Shown in pieces: positions 38,676-50,000 of a DNA stretch of 64,000 bases. How positions within the stretch are numbered: position 1 is the stretch's first letter; every line of letters starts with the position of its first letter. Location: contig OZ241917.1 of assembly GCA_965203805.1 (NCBI GenBank), positions 96,001 to 160,000 of the forward strand, read 5' to 3'. The notes under the pieces are model-generated. The model was not told the origin of the DNA and did no database searches. It worked only from the letters and a program-made list of their open reading frames with translations. The translations under genes and the position numbers were made by a program. The DNA comes from Candidatus Latescibacterota bacterium (GTDB lineage: Bacteria > Latescibacterota > UBA2968 > GCA-2709665).

Positions 38676-39460
38676 GTGCGCCGTGAAAAGGCGCGGAACT
38701 CCAGTGGGTGAGAGTCCCACCCGACAAATGTTGCTGCAGTCGGTAGCAACCGGAGCGGGGGTGAAGGTAACGACATCTCCGAAGCCTCCGGTGTAAAGGG
38801 TCGCAAGGCGACTCGGCGAGTATGCGGGCCGAAACGTGCAGTGAACGCTGAGCAGGCCTCGAAAAAGGTAATGCGGGAGCCGACCCGCCCATGGATCGGG
38901 GAAGGCCGCCGTCGTTGGAAAAAGAGAGCAACGCGCGCATCCAACGGTCCCGCCTGCCTGTCCGAGGGACGCAGGCAGGCCGGGGTAATGGCGAAGGCAC
39001 GTATACAAGGAGATCCGACGCAACACGGGAAGCCCCAGCGGTGGTGTATAGACACCAACCGGACGCCCGTGAGGGACAGGTCGGGCCGTATGGGGTGGCG
39101 GACAGGCTCGTAGTACCCGTGAAGCCGGGTAATGCCGGTGGAGGGAAGGGGCCTGACTTCGGATGTGCTTGTGAAGGGGACAACGGTCGGGAGAGTGGCG
39201 CAAGCCTATTACCTCCTCTAAAAGTAGATGAGGCGACTCCAGAGCAAGCTTGGGCTTCAGGTGAAGCTGTCCGGGCAGTGCGGGCAGCGTGTGCCTGAAG
39301 GCGACGTCCGTCGGAGAGCCGGATGCGGGAAAACCGCACGTCCGGTTCGATGAGCGGGATGTGGAAACGGAGCACGGAGCGGCTATTGAGGCACCGCCAG
39401 ACGAAAGGGGCGGAAACAGATAGGCCACTCCTAAACCACCGCGCCACATCTCGACTCTAC
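38676..39460 (+). mobile_element. ORF-less group II intron (785 nt)
   Basis: 5' GTGCG; domain V GAGCCGGATGCGGGAAAACCGCACGTCCGGTTC (39316-39348, AGC triad); domain VI ending CGACTCTAC; EBS1 CATGGAT (38890-96) complementary to IBS1 ATCCATG (38669-75); no RT ORF. Confidence 0.92.
38953..38979. repeat. 27-bp palindromic micro-element (CCTGCCTG...CAGGCAGG) inside intron domain I
   Basis: Same arms as 36659-36691 and same CCG^CCG flank. Confidence 0.6.
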
Positions 39461-39521
39461 TAAATTCCGTTTTGAGAATTGACGGGATGAAGTTTGCGAG
39501 CGCGATTATTGACAAAAATTC

Positions 39522-39550
39522 TTGACATCCATACCTATATATTATAACTT
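39522..39550 (+). promoter_or_regulatory. Putative promoter for tRNA-Gly/Thr-rpmG
   Basis: TTGACA at 39522 (a second at 39509) with AT-rich TATAAC/TAACTT -10 region. Confidence 0.5.
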
Positions 39551-39621
39551 GTTAAGTCTGGAAACTTTCAGGGCCGGCATTCTTGCGTGTACGACCCGCA
39601 GATCGTCGTTTCCTGTTCTGC

Positions 39622-39698
39622 GCGGGAATAGCTCAGTTGGCTAGAGCGTCAGCCTTCCAAGCTGAATGTCGCGGGTTCGAGTCCCGTTTCCCGCTCCA
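39622..39698 (+). tRNA. tRNA-Gly (TCC)
   Basis: GCGGGAA acceptor, CTTCCAA loop, GGTTCGAGTCC, CCA. Confidence 0.95.
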
Positions 39699-39752
39699 AT
39701 TTCCTGCGGGCTGCGTTATCAGCCCTTTTCTGTCGTGCAGACGGGGTACAGG

Positions 39753-39828
39753 GCCCATGTAGCTCAGTCGGTAGAGCACCTCCTTGGTAAGGAGGAGGTC
39801 ACCGGTTCGAGTCCGGTCGTGGGCTCCA
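39753..39828 (+). tRNA. tRNA-Thr (GGT)
   Basis: GCCCATG acceptor, TTGGTAA loop, CCA. Confidence 0.95.
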
Positions 39829-39850
39829 GAACAACGTCCGGTCCCCATCC

Positions 39851-40003
39851 ATGCCCAGAGATCTGATTACATTGGCCTGCGCCGATTGTGCGCGCCGGAA
39901 TTATACGACGAACAAGAACCGGCGATTACACCCGGACCGCGTCGAATTCAAGAAATACTGCAGGTTCTGTCGCAAGCATACCCTGCACCGGGAGACTCGC
40001 TGA
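39851..40003 (+). CDS. rpmG: 50S ribosomal protein L33 (Zn-ribbon form)
   Basis: Manual translation [50 protein letters not shown]. Confidence 0.95.
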   Translation: MPRDLITLACADCARRNYTTNKNRRLHPDRVEFKKYCRFCRKHTLHRETR

Positions 40004-40033
40004 GATTCAGGATTCACTGCAGATTTTGGGGTT

Positions 40034-40109
40034 AGGGCAGTAGCTCAATTGGTAGAGCACCGGTCTCCAAAACCGGTGGTTGCGGGTTCGATTCCTGCCT
40101 GCCCTGCCA
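40034..40109 (+). tRNA. tRNA-Trp (CCA)
   Basis: AGGGCAG acceptor, CTCCAAA loop, located before secE. Confidence 0.95.
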
Positions 40110-40272
40110 TTTTCCTCCGAAACAGACACCTGACCCGCGCCTGAGTTCCGCTGGAAATTGCAGGAGCCGGGTTTCTCTTACGAATCCCCATCTGCCTTTG
40201 TCGACTGTGGCATACGCGAGCCCGCGTTTGGGCTGTTTCAGGTGTTGGGGCGTTTTTCTGGCGGTATACCCG

Positions 40273-40458
40273 ATGTTCACGAAAGTGGCGCAGTTCATAA
40301 AAGACGTCCAGCTGGAAATGGGCAAGGTGACCTGGCCGACCCGTGACGAGCTGATCGCCTCGACAACGATTGTGCTGGTGGTTTCGCTCGCGCTTTCCGT
40401 GTTCATCTTCGCCGTCGACTTCGTGCTTTCGCTGGTTCGCAGATTTGTAATGAGCTGA
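40273..40458 (+). CDS. secE: Preprotein translocase subunit SecE
   Basis: EMGKVTWPTRDEL plus one TM. Confidence 0.92.
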   Translation: MFTKVAQFIKDVQLEMGKVTWPTRDELIASTTIVLVVSLALSVFIFAVDFVLSLVRRFVMS

Positions 40459-40493
40459 CGGCCTCCGGCTTTCCATACAGAGAGTGATACACC

Positions 40494-41033
40494 ATGGCAA
40501 TGCGCTGGTACGTCGTGCATACCTATTCAGGACACGAAAACAAAGTGCGTACCTATCTCGAGAGTGCCAAGGAAGGCACTGAGGTTGCGGAGAGGATCAA
40601 CCGGGTCGTCGTACCTACCGAAGAGGTTGTCGAGATGAAGGATGGACGGAAGACAACCTCCTTCAGGAAATTTCTGCCCAGTTACATTCTTGTCGAGATG
40701 GAAATGGACAAGGAGACCATGCACTTCGTTACGAATGTGCCTGGTGTCACGAGCTTCGTCGGGCCTGGGAAGCGCCCCCAGCCGCTTCACGAAAAAGAGG
40801 TGGAACACGTGCTGGGTCACGTCGACCGGCGTCAGGTTCAGGACGATCAGGAAATCCCCTATCAGGTCGGAGACCGTGTTAAAGTGATCGACGGCCCCTT
40901 CAGCGAATTCATCGGGATGGTCGACGTCGTGAACCCGGAGAAGAGAAAGATCAAGGTGATGGTGAGTATCTTCGGAAGGAACACCCCAGTGGAACTGGAC
41001 GTCCTGCAGGTTGAAGAGGCCATGGAAGGGTAG
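40494..41033 (+). CDS. nusG: Transcription factor NusG
   Basis: [27 protein letters not shown]. Confidence 0.97.
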   Translation: MAMRWYVVHTYSGHENKVRTYLESAKEGTEVAERINRVVVPTEEVVEMKDGRKTTSFRKFLPSYILVEMEMDKETMHFVTNVPGVTSFVGPGKRPQPLHEKEVEHVLGHVDRRQVQDDQEIPYQVGDRVKVIDGPFSEFIGMVDVVNPEKRKIKVMVSIFGRNTPVELDVLQVEEAMEG

Positions 41034-41037
41034 CGTA

Positions 41038-41463
41038 ATGGCAAAGAAGATTATGACAACCATCAAACTGCAGATTCCGGCGGGCCAGGCGTCCCCGACG
41101 CCGCCTGTCGGTCCGGCGCTTGGCCAGCACGGGGTCAACATCATGGAATTCTGCCAGGCGTTCAACGCACAGACCAAAGACAAGCAGGGTCTGATCGTCC
41201 CGGCGGTCATTACCGTGTTTACCGACCGCAGTTTCTCGTTTATTACAAAAAGCCCGCCGGCCGCGGTGTTGCTGAAAAGGGCCGCGGGACTCGAGAAGGG
41301 ATCGCCCGAATCCAACCGGACCAAGGTCGGCAGTGTCAATCGGGATCAGGTTCGGGAGATCGCCGAGATGAAAATGGAAGATCTGAATGCGAGCAGTGTG
41401 GACACCGCCGTGCGCATGATCGAAGGAACGGCGCGCAGCGCCGGGATCACGGTTGAGGATTAG
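41038..41463 (+). CDS. rplK: 50S ribosomal protein L11
   Basis: [18 protein letters not shown]. Confidence 0.97.
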   Translation: MAKKIMTTIKLQIPAGQASPTPPVGPALGQHGVNIMEFCQAFNAQTKDKQGLIVPAVITVFTDRSFSFITKSPPAAVLLKRAAGLEKGSPESNRTKVGSVNRDQVREIAEMKMEDLNASSVDTAVRMIEGTARSAGITVED

Positions 41464-41476
41464 GAGGCAACTCATC

Positions 41477-42175
41477 ATGGCTGGGCGCAACGGGAGACGT
41501 TTCAAGACGGCGCTTTCTCAAATTGACCGGCGCGCGCAATATTCAATCGAGGATGCCGTATCGCTGTTGAAAGACATGCCGGCGCCGAAATTCGATCAGA
41601 CGGTCGAAATGGCCATCCGCCTGGGCGTGGATCCGCGCCAGGCCGACCAGCAGATCCGGGGTACGGTGATGTTGCCCCACGGGCTTGGAAAAACGATCCG
41701 CGTGGTCGTGTTCGCCAAAGGCGAACAGGCGGCCGCAGCCGAGGGCGCCGGGGCGGATATCGTGGGCGCGGACGATCTGGCCGAACGCATCAACGGGGGT
41801 TGGACCGACTTCGACGTAGCCATCGCGGCGCCGGACATGATGAGGGTTGTCGGACGTTTGGGGAGAATACTCGGGCCCCGCGGGCTGATGCCCAATCCCA
41901 AGAGCGGCACGGTCACGCCGGACGTGGCGCGGGCGGTGGCGGAGGCCAAAGCCGGTCGCGTGGAGTATCGGGTCGATCGGAACGGCAACGTCCACGCGCC
42001 CGTGGGCAGGGTCTCGTTCGAAAAGAACCGATTGGTTGAGAATGTCCGAACGCTTTTCGATACGATTCTGCGCGCGCGTCCTTCCTCTGCAAAGGGGCAA
42101 TATGTCCGGTCGGTTACCCTGGCGACCACGATGGGCCCGGGTGTCCGTATCGATCGGTCCAGTGCGGCCAGCTGA
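41477..42175 (+). CDS. rplA: 50S ribosomal protein L1
   Basis: LGPRGLMPNPKSGTVT. Confidence 0.97.
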   Translation: MAGRNGRRFKTALSQIDRRAQYSIEDAVSLLKDMPAPKFDQTVEMAIRLGVDPRQADQQIRGTVMLPHGLGKTIRVVVFAKGEQAAAAEGAGADIVGADDLAERINGGWTDFDVAIAAPDMMRVVGRLGRILGPRGLMPNPKSGTVTPDVARAVAEAKAGRVEYRVDRNGNVHAPVGRVSFEKNRLVENVRTLFDTILRARPSSAKGQYVRSVTLATTMGPGVRIDRSSAAS

Positions 42176-42207
42176 CGGGGAGTGTACCCGCAACGGAAGG
42201 GAACAGG

Positions 42208-42744
42208 ATGCCAACGGCTGGAAAAATCAGTGCGGTCGAGGAACTGACCCAACTTATGAGCAGGTCCCAGGGATTCTGTCTGGCCGATTTTACCGGTCTC
42301 GATGTTCCGGAGGTCACTCGGCTCCGTAAACGGCTGCGCGACGAGGATATAACCTACAAGGTCGTCAAGAATCGCCTGGCGTTGATTGCGGTAAAAAACG
42401 CGGGGATTCAGGGTCTGGAAGAGGTGTTGCAGGGTCCAACCGGTCTGGCCAGTTCGGAAACCGATCCGGTCGCGGCGGTGAGGCTGCTTCACGAGTTTGC
42501 CCAGGAGTCGAACGGCCTCCCAAGGGTCAAGGGCGGCTTTGCGGACGGACGGGTCTATCGGGAAGATCAGCTGGAGGCGCTTGCCAGACTGCCGTCAAGG
42601 GAAGTGCTGTTGGGGCAGGTGGTCTCGTCGGTCCAGAGTCCGTTGAGCGGGCTGGTATTCTGTCTGGGCGGCATGCTGCAGAACCTCGTTCTGATTCTGA
42701 ACGAAATTGCCAAGAAGAAGGGTGAGGCCGGTGTGGTTGACTGA
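42208..42744 (+). CDS. rplJ: 50S ribosomal protein L10
   Basis: [14 protein letters not shown]; synteny. Confidence 0.95.
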   Translation: MPTAGKISAVEELTQLMSRSQGFCLADFTGLDVPEVTRLRKRLRDEDITYKVVKNRLALIAVKNAGIQGLEEVLQGPTGLASSETDPVAAVRLLHEFAQESNGLPRVKGGFADGRVYREDQLEALARLPSREVLLGQVVSSVQSPLSGLVFCLGGMLQNLVLILNEIAKKKGEAGVVD

Positions 42745-42803
42745 GCATTCCGGGTCACCTAAAACCGTTTCAATCATCAGGACAAGACGTATGGAGGAGA
42801 TCC

Positions 42804-43184
42804 ATGGCAATCACAGATATTATCGATGAAATCGAAAAGCTCTCCGTTCTTGAACTGGCCGAGTTGGTTAAGGCGCTCGAGGATAAATTCGGCGTGAGCG
42901 CCCAGGCGATGGTTGCCGCACCGGCGGCCGGCGCCGTCGCCGTCGCCGATGGAGAGGCGGAGGAAGAGGAACAGACGGAATTCGACGTGGTTTTGAGCGC
43001 CATCGGCGACAAGAAAATTCAGGTCATCAAGGTGGTACGCAGCGTCACCAGTCTGGGCTTGAAAGAAGCCAAGGAACTCGTCGACGGTGCGCCTCGCAGC
43101 GTGAAGGAGGGCGTTTCCAAGGAGGAGGCCGACCAGATCAAGGCCGAGTTGGAGGAGGTTGGAGCCGTGGTTGAAATCAAATAG
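42804..43184 (+). CDS. rplL: 50S ribosomal protein L7/L12
   Basis: [20 protein letters not shown]. Confidence 0.97.
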   Translation: MAITDIIDEIEKLSVLELAELVKALEDKFGVSAQAMVAAPAAGAVAVADGEAEEEEQTEFDVVLSAIGDKKIQVIKVVRSVTSLGLKEAKELVDGAPRSVKEGVSKEEADQIKAELEEVGAVVEIK

Positions 43185-43238
43185 ACTCGCTTCATAGCAT
43201 TCCTGCCTTCAAACAATGGTCGATTTCACCGGAGGAGC

Positions 43239-46200
43239 GTGATCATCTTGGCGAAAAATGGACTTATAGACAGGAAGTCTTACGGAAAAATCGCTTCAGC
43301 CATCGAAATGCCGAATCTTCTGGACATCCAGATTGATTCCTACAATTGGTTCTTGCAGCAGGACGTACCGCCTGGCGAACGCGGAAAACAGGGCCTCCAG
43401 GCGGTTTTCCATAGTATCTTTCCGATCAGCGACGTCCACAGGCTTTTCTCACTCGAGTTCGTCGACTATTCCATTGGCACACCCAAGTACGACGTGGGTG
43501 AATGCCTGGAGCGAGGAACAACATACGCGGTTCCGCTGCGCGCCACGTTAAGGCTGATTTCCCGCGAAAAGCAGGACAACAAGGAGTTCCGGATCAAGGA
43601 TATCGTGGAGCAGACGGTATTCCTGGGCGAACTGCCGCTGATGACCGACGAAGGCACGTTTATCGTCAACGGTTCGGAGCGGGTGATCGTAAGCCAGCTG
43701 CACAGGTCTCCCGGCGTCTTTTTCGACGAAACCATTCACCCCAATGGAAAGCGGCTCTATTCCGCGCGGATAATACCGTACAAGGGCGCCTGGCTGGAGT
43801 TCAGCCTGGACATAAACGATATCATGTACGTGCATATAGACAGGAAACGGAAGTTGCCGTTTACCACGTTTTTGCGCGCCCTGGGTTTCAGTCGGAACGA
43901 AGAAATTCTAAGCCTGTTTCACGAGAACACGACAGCCCGGGTCGACGAAGATCTGGTCGGCGCCGTTGCGATGGAGGACGTGGTCGACAAGAAGTCCGGC
44001 GAAGTTATCGTCGAGTCCCGCCAGACGATAACGGAAGAACACCTGGAGGCGCTGAAGGGCGCCGGGATCAACCGGCTGACCGTACTCGACGTAAATGCCG
44101 ACAACGATGGCGGCGTGATTGCCAATACCCTTCTGAAAGATCCTTGCGACAACGAAGAAGAGGCGCTCTCACGAATCTACAACCTGCTTCGTCCGGGCGA
44201 TCCGCCAAATCTGGAGACGGCGCGCGGTCTGCTTGAGCGACAGTTCTTCAGCCCCAAGCGTTATCAGCTGGGCGAAGTCGGGCGTTATCGCCTGAATCAG
44301 CGGCTGAATCTCAACATTCCACTGGAATTCACCACCCTGTGTATCGAGGATTTTCACAGGGTCATCCAATATCTGCTGGTCCTGTTCAAGGGCGAAGGCT
44401 ATACGGACGACATCGACCATCTCGGCAATCGGCGTATCCGGACCGTGGGCGAGCTCCTGTCCTACCACTTTTCAACCGGCCTGGTGCGCATGGCCAGGAC
44501 GATCAGAGAGCGGATGAGTCTCAGGGATACCGAGCAGATTACACCACAGGATCTGGTCAATGCGAGGACCGTCTCGACCGTCGTTCAGGCGTTCTTCGGC
44601 AGCAGCCAACTGTCTCAGTTCCTTCAGCAGACCAATCCGCTGGATGAGCTGTCGCACAAGCGGCGGCTCTCGGCGCTGGGTCCCGGCGGCCTGACGCGTG
44701 ACAGGGCCGGCTTCGAGGTGCGTGACGTCCACCATACCCACTACGGGCGGATTTGCCCCATCGAAACGCCGGAAGGTCCCAATATCGGCCTGATCGCCAA
44801 CATTTCCACGTACGCGAAGATAAACGCCCTCGGATTTCTGGAAACGCCGTACCGGGTTGTTAAAGACGGAAGGGTGACTTCGGAGATCAAGTATCTGTCC
44901 GCGGACGAGGAAGACAAACACACCATCGCCCAGGCCAATGCGATGCTCGACACCGACGGGAGATTCCAGGATCCCGCGGTGCAGGCCCGCCGGCGTGGCG
45001 ATTTTCCCCTCGTAGCGCCTTCGGAAATTGATTATATGGACGTCTCGCCCTGCCAGCTGGTCAGTACGGCGGCGTCCCTGATTCCGTTTCTGGAGCACGA
45101 CGATGCCAACCGCGCCCTGATGGGCTCGAATATGCAACGACAGGCCGTGCCGCTGCTTCGGACGGAAGCGCCGTTCGTCGGTACCGGTATGGAACACGCG
45201 GTTGCCGTGGATTCCAAGGCGGTCGTAACCGCGAGGACCCCCGGAACGGTCACCTACGTGAGTGCGGACAAGATCGTGGTGAAGCGTCGAAAGGGCCCCA
45301 ACGTCGAAATGATCGATCTGTTCGACGAAGACATCTACAGGCTTATCAAATTCAAACGGTCGAACCAGGATTTCTGCATCAGTCAGAAGCCGCTCGTGAG
45401 GGTAGGCGACAAGGTTGGAGCCGGCGATCTCCTGGCGGACGGCTGCGCCACGGACCGGGGGGACCTCGCCCTCGGAGCAAACGTGCTATGCGCGTTCATG
45501 TCGTGGAACGGGTACAATTTCGAAGATGCGATCATCGTATCCGAGCGGCTGTTGAAGAAAGATATCTTCACCTCGATATCCATAGAGGAATTCGAGCTCC
45601 AGGTGCGCGACACCAAGCGGGGTGTGGAGGAGATAACGAGGGAGATTCCGAACGTCAGCGAACAGGCGGTGCGCAACCTGGATGAGCAGGGCATCGTCCG
45701 GTCCGGCGCCGAGGTGACTTCCGGCGATATCCTCGTAGGCAAAGTCACTCCCAAGGGAGAAACCGAACTGTCTCCCGAAGAACGCCTCCTGCGCGCAATA
45801 TTCGGAGAGAAGGCGGGAGACGTCAGAGATGCGTCTTTAAAGGCGCCGTCCGGAATGGACGGGGTTGTCATGGACCGGAAGGTCTTTTCGCGTAAAGACA
45901 GAGAAAAGACCCGAAAGGCCGATAAAGAGAAAACAGCCACTGTCAAGAAACGGATCCAGGAGAAAGTCAAAGCGATAAAGTCCAGCCGGGACGAACAGGT
46001 GGCGGCGCAGCTGCGGGGGAGAAAGCTGAAGCTGTTGCGGCATACCGAAGACGGCTCTGTCGCGGCCCGTTCCGGAAGGGTATTCGATGAGAAGCTGGCG
46101 GAAAAGCTCGACCTGGACGTCGTTCGGCCGGACGACGCATGGGTCGACGATGCCGGCGTCGACCGAAAGGTCGGCCGCATCATGGAACTGGCGGAGATGC

Positions 46201-47015
46201 TGATCCGCGCCGCGGAAGACGAGCTGGAGCGGGAACTGGAAAAAATCGCACGGGGCGATGAGCTTCCGCCGGGAATCGTTCAGCTCGTCAAAGTGTACAT
46301 CGCCCGAAAGCGCAAGCTGATGGTCGGCGACAAGATGGCCGGACGCCATGGCAACAAGGGAGTCGTTTCGATCATCGTACCTGAAGAGGATATGCCTTAT
46401 CTTCCCGACGGCACCCCGATCGACATCATCCTCAACCCGCTGGGTGTGCCGTCACGCATGAATCTGGGGCAGATTCTCGAGACCCATCTCGGATGGGCCG
46501 CCCAGGCGCTGGATCTCCACGTCGCCACGCCCGTTTTCGACGGCGCTACGCTCGAGGACATCAAATCGGCGCTGGGCCGGGCCCGATTGCCCGAAACCGG
46601 AAAAACCGTGTTGTACGACGGCAAGACGGGAAAACCCTTCGACAAGGAAGTTATGGTCGGTTTCATCTATATGTTGAAACTGTCACACCTGGTCAGCGAC
46701 AAAATCCATGCCCGTTCCATCGGACCCTATTCGCTGGTGACGCAACAGCCCCTTGGCGGAAAGGCGCAATTCGGCGGCCAGCGGTTCGGCGAAATGGAGG
46801 TCTGGGCGCTCGAGGCCTACGGCGCCGCGTATATGCTGCAGGAGATGCTGACCGTCAAGTCCGATGACGTTGCAGGACGTTCAAAGATCTACGAAGCGAT
46901 CGTAAAGGGCGAAAATCCGCCCGAACCGGGGGTTCCTGAATCCTTCAACGTGCTGGTGAAGGAATTGCAGAGCCTGTGTCTGGACGTGGTTCTGGAGAAC
47001 GGCCAGGGCGGGTGA
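43239..47015 (+). CDS. rpoB: RNA polymerase beta subunit
   Basis: [38 protein letters not shown]; start 43239 or 43248. Confidence 0.98.
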   Translation: MIILAKNGLIDRKSYGKIASAIEMPNLLDIQIDSYNWFLQQDVPPGERGKQGLQAVFHSIFPISDVHRLFSLEFVDYSIGTPKYDVGECLERGTTYAVPLRATLRLISREKQDNKEFRIKDIVEQTVFLGELPLMTDEGTFIVNGSERVIVSQLHRSPGVFFDETIHPNGKRLYSARIIPYKGAWLEFSLDINDIMYVHIDRKRKLPFTTFLRALGFSRNEEILSLFHENTTARVDEDLVGAVAMEDVVDKKSGEVIVESRQTITEEHLEALKGAGINRLTVLDVNADNDGGVIANTLLKDPCDNEEEALSRIYNLLRPGDPPNLETARGLLERQFFSPKRYQLGEVGRYRLNQRLNLNIPLEFTTLCIEDFHRVIQYLLVLFKGEGYTDDIDHLGNRRIRTVGELLSYHFSTGLVRMARTIRERMSLRDTEQITPQDLVNARTVSTVVQAFFGSSQLSQFLQQTNPLDELSHKRRLSALGPGGLTRDRAGFEVRDVHHTHYGRICPIETPEGPNIGLIANISTYAKINALGFLETPYRVVKDGRVTSEIKYLSADEEDKHTIAQANAMLDTDGRFQDPAVQARRRGDFPLVAPSEIDYMDVSPCQLVSTAASLIPFLEHDDANRALMGSNMQRQAVPLLRTEAPFVGTGMEHAVAVDSKAVVTARTPGTVTYVSADKIVVKRRKGPNVEMIDLFDEDIYRLIKFKRSNQDFCISQKPLVRVGDKVGAGDLLADGCATDRGDLALGANVLCAFMSWNGYNFEDAIIVSERLLKKDIFTSISIEEFELQVRDTKRGVEEITREIPNVSEQAVRNLDEQGIVRSGAEVTSGDILVGKVTPKGETELSPEERLLRAIFGEKAGDVRDASLKAPSGMDGVVMDRKVFSRKDREKTRKADKEKTATVKKRIQEKVKAIKSSRDEQVAAQLRGRKLKLLRHTEDGSVAARSGRVFDEKLAEKLDLDVVRPDDAWVDDAGVDRKVGRIMELAEMLIRAAEDELERELEKIARGDELPPGIVQLVKVYIARKRKLMVGDKMAGRHGNKGVVSIIVPEEDMPYLPDGTPIDIILNPLGVPSRMNLGQILETHLGWAAQALDLHVATPVFDGATLEDIKSALGRARLPETGKTVLYDGKTGKPFDKEVMVGFIYMLKLSHLVSDKIHARSIGPYSLVTQQPLGGKAQFGGQRFGEMEVWALEAYGAAYMLQEMLTVKSDDVAGRSKIYEAIVKGENPPEPGVPESFNVLVKELQSLCLDVVLENGQGG

Positions 47016-47073
47016 CATCTTTCAGCTGGGTCATCTTCTTTAAAATTCCGATCGCAAAAAGGGGGTAAGGCCC

Positions 47074-50000
47074 GTGGCGGACATCAACACTTCCAAGCGC
47101 CCCACAGAGTTCAATTCGATCCGTATTCAGCTGGCTTCTCCGGAAACGATCCGGGGCTGGTCCCGCGGTGAGGTGACCAAGCCGGAAACCATCAACTACC
47201 GCTCGTTCAAGCCGGAACGCGACGGTCTCTTCTGTGAACGCATCTTCGGTCCGGTCAAAGATTGGGAATGCAGCTGCGGCAAATACAAGAGGATTCGCTA
47301 CCGGGGCGTGGTCTGCGACCGGTGCGGCGTCGAAGTCACCCAGTCGAAGGTGCGACGCGAGCGTCTGGGTCATATCGAACTTGCGGTGCCGGTTACGCAT
47401 ATCTGGTTCTTCAAGTCGCTGCCTTCCCGCATGGGCTATCTGCTGGACATTACCATTCGCAATCTGGAACGGATCATCTATTACGAATCTTATGTCGTGT
47501 TGGATCCCGGCGACGCGCCCGATCTGAAGTATAAGGACCTTCTCTCCGAAGACGAGGCATTTGAACTTGAAGCGAAGGGGTACAACTTTACTGCGGACAT
47601 GGGCGCTGTCGCGCTCAGAAAGCTGCTCAGCGAAATTGACGTTGAGGAACTTTCCGCCGAGTTGCGCACCCAGGCGCGCATGGAAACCTCCGTTCAACGT
47701 AAACAGGAGGCATTGAAACGGCTCAAGGTGGTCGAGGCGTTTCGGCAGTCCGACAATCACCCGTCCTGGATGATTCTTGACGTCGTTCCCGTGATTCCAC
47801 CTGACCTTCGACCGTTGGTCCCTCTGGAGGGCGGCAGGTTTGCCACGTCGGATCTGAACGATCTTTACCGGCGGGTCATCAACCGGAACAACAGGTTGAA
47901 GAAACTGATCGAAATCAAGGCGCCTGAAGTGATCCTCCGCAACGAGAAACGCATGCTTCAGGAGGCTGTCGACGCGCTCTTCGACAATGGCCGCAGGTCT
48001 CGCGCGGTGCGCGGAGACGGCAACCGTTCCCTGAAGTCGCTCTCCGATCTCCTGAAGGGCAAACAGGGTCGCTTCCGCCAGAATCTCCTCGGCAAGCGGG
48101 TGGACTATTCCGGCCGATCGGTAATCGTCGTCGACCCCAATCTCAGGCTGCATCAATGCGGGCTTCCGAAGCATATGGCGCTTGAACTTTTCAAGCCGTT
48201 TATCATCAAGAAACTGGAAGAGCGTGGATTGGTCCAGACCGTGAAAAGCGCAAAAAAGCTGGTCGAGCGCGAACGGGTCGAAGTGTGGGACATTCTCGAA
48301 GACATCATTCAGGATCACTACGTCCTGCTGAACCGTGCGCCCACGCTGCACCGGCTGGGCATCCAGGCGTTCCAGCCCGTGCTTGTGGAAGGAAAGGCGA
48401 TTCGCATTCATCCGCTGGTGTGCGCGGCGTTCAATGCGGACTTCGACGGCGACCAGATGGCCGTCCACGTTCCCCTGTCTTTCGAGGCGCAGATCGAAGC
48501 CCGAATCCTCATCATGTCCGCGAACAACATGCTCAAGCCCGCAGACGGATCGGCCGTGATCGTGCACAACCCGCAGGACATCGCCATGGGCTGTTATTAT
48601 CTGACCAAAATCGTCCAGCAGCCCGACGGGAAGCAACTTAAGGCGTTCGGCAGCCCCAACGAAGCGTTGATTGCGCACGATTACGGCAAGATCGACCTTC
48701 ACGAAGCAATCCGTGTCCGGGTCGAAGGCGAGTTGCTCACGACCACCGTAGGCCAGGTGATTTTCAACGAGATCCTGCCGGATGGGATGCCCTTTATCAA
48801 TCAGATGGTGGACAAGCCGGTAATACAGAAAGTAACCACCGACGTCCATCGGCGATTCGGCAATCGGGCAACCGTGGAATTTGCCGACGGCCTGAAGCGC
48901 CTGGGTTACGACTACGCCACCCAGTCGGGCGTGACCGTCTCGATGGACGACGTCGTGGTTCCGCCCAGGAAACAGGAACTCATCGACAGGGCCAAGGGTG
49001 AGGTCGATCGAATCCAGCAACAGCACGGCCACGGCGTCATCACCGAGGGCGAGCGATACAACAAGGTCATCGACGTCTGGCAGCACACCACGAACAATAT
49101 CGCCGAAATGATGAACGAGGCCCTGGAGCATTCCGAGGCGGGTTTCAACTCCATCTATATTATGAAGGACTCCGGCGCTCGCGGCAGCGACGATCAGGTG
49201 AAACAGCTGGGCGGCATGCGCGGGCTGATGAACAAACCCCAGAAGAAGCTCACCGGAGCGATCGGTGAAATCATCGAGACGCCCATCGTTGCCTCCTTTA
49301 AAGAGGGTCTCTCGGTACTCGAGTACTTCATATCCACGCACGGGGCAAGAAAGGGGCTGGCCGATACGGCGCTGAAAACCGCCGAGGCAGGGTACCTTAC
49401 CCGCCGTATGGTGGACGTGGCGCAGGACGGCGTGATCAACGAAGGCGACTGCGGCACCATCATGGGCATTGAACTCGAAGCGCTCAAAGAGGGCGAGGAA
49501 GTGGTCGAACCCCTGGCGGATCGCATCGTCGGCCGAACCCTGTTGGAGGATGTTTACGATCCCATTGGAGGCGAGATCATCGTGGAGAGCGGTAAGCTGC
49601 TCGACGAGGCAACCGCCGCCAGAATCGCCGATGCTGGTGTGGAACGGGTGAATGTGCGGTCGGTACTGACGTGCGAGGCCCGGCGGGGCATCTGCGCCAA
49701 GTGCTATGGTCGTAATCTCGCCACCGGGAGGCTCGTCGATATCGGCGAGGCAGTCGGCGTGATTGCCGCACAGAGCGTCGGCGAGCCCGGCACTCAGCTC
49801 ACGCTCCGTACCTTCCATATCGGCGGCACATCCAGCCGAATCGCGGAGCAGGCCGAAATCGTGGCCAAGCGGGCCGGCGTGGTGCGGTTCATCAACATCG
49901 ACTGCGTTACCCGCAGCGACGGACAGCGCATCGCGGTCGGCAGGAACGGCGAGTTCGAGGTACAGGACGATCAGGGACGTCCCCGGGGCGGTCACTATTA

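Noticed and set aside
38365-39515. Long ORFs across the intron (38365-39447, 38658-39515, 38891-39298) as an RT or a DGR
   Set aside because: No YADD or other RT motifs and no TR/VR pair; they are chance frames over the ribozyme
42176-42207. L10 leader RNA
   Set aside because: The rplA-rplJ spacer is only 32 nt, too short for the canonical element
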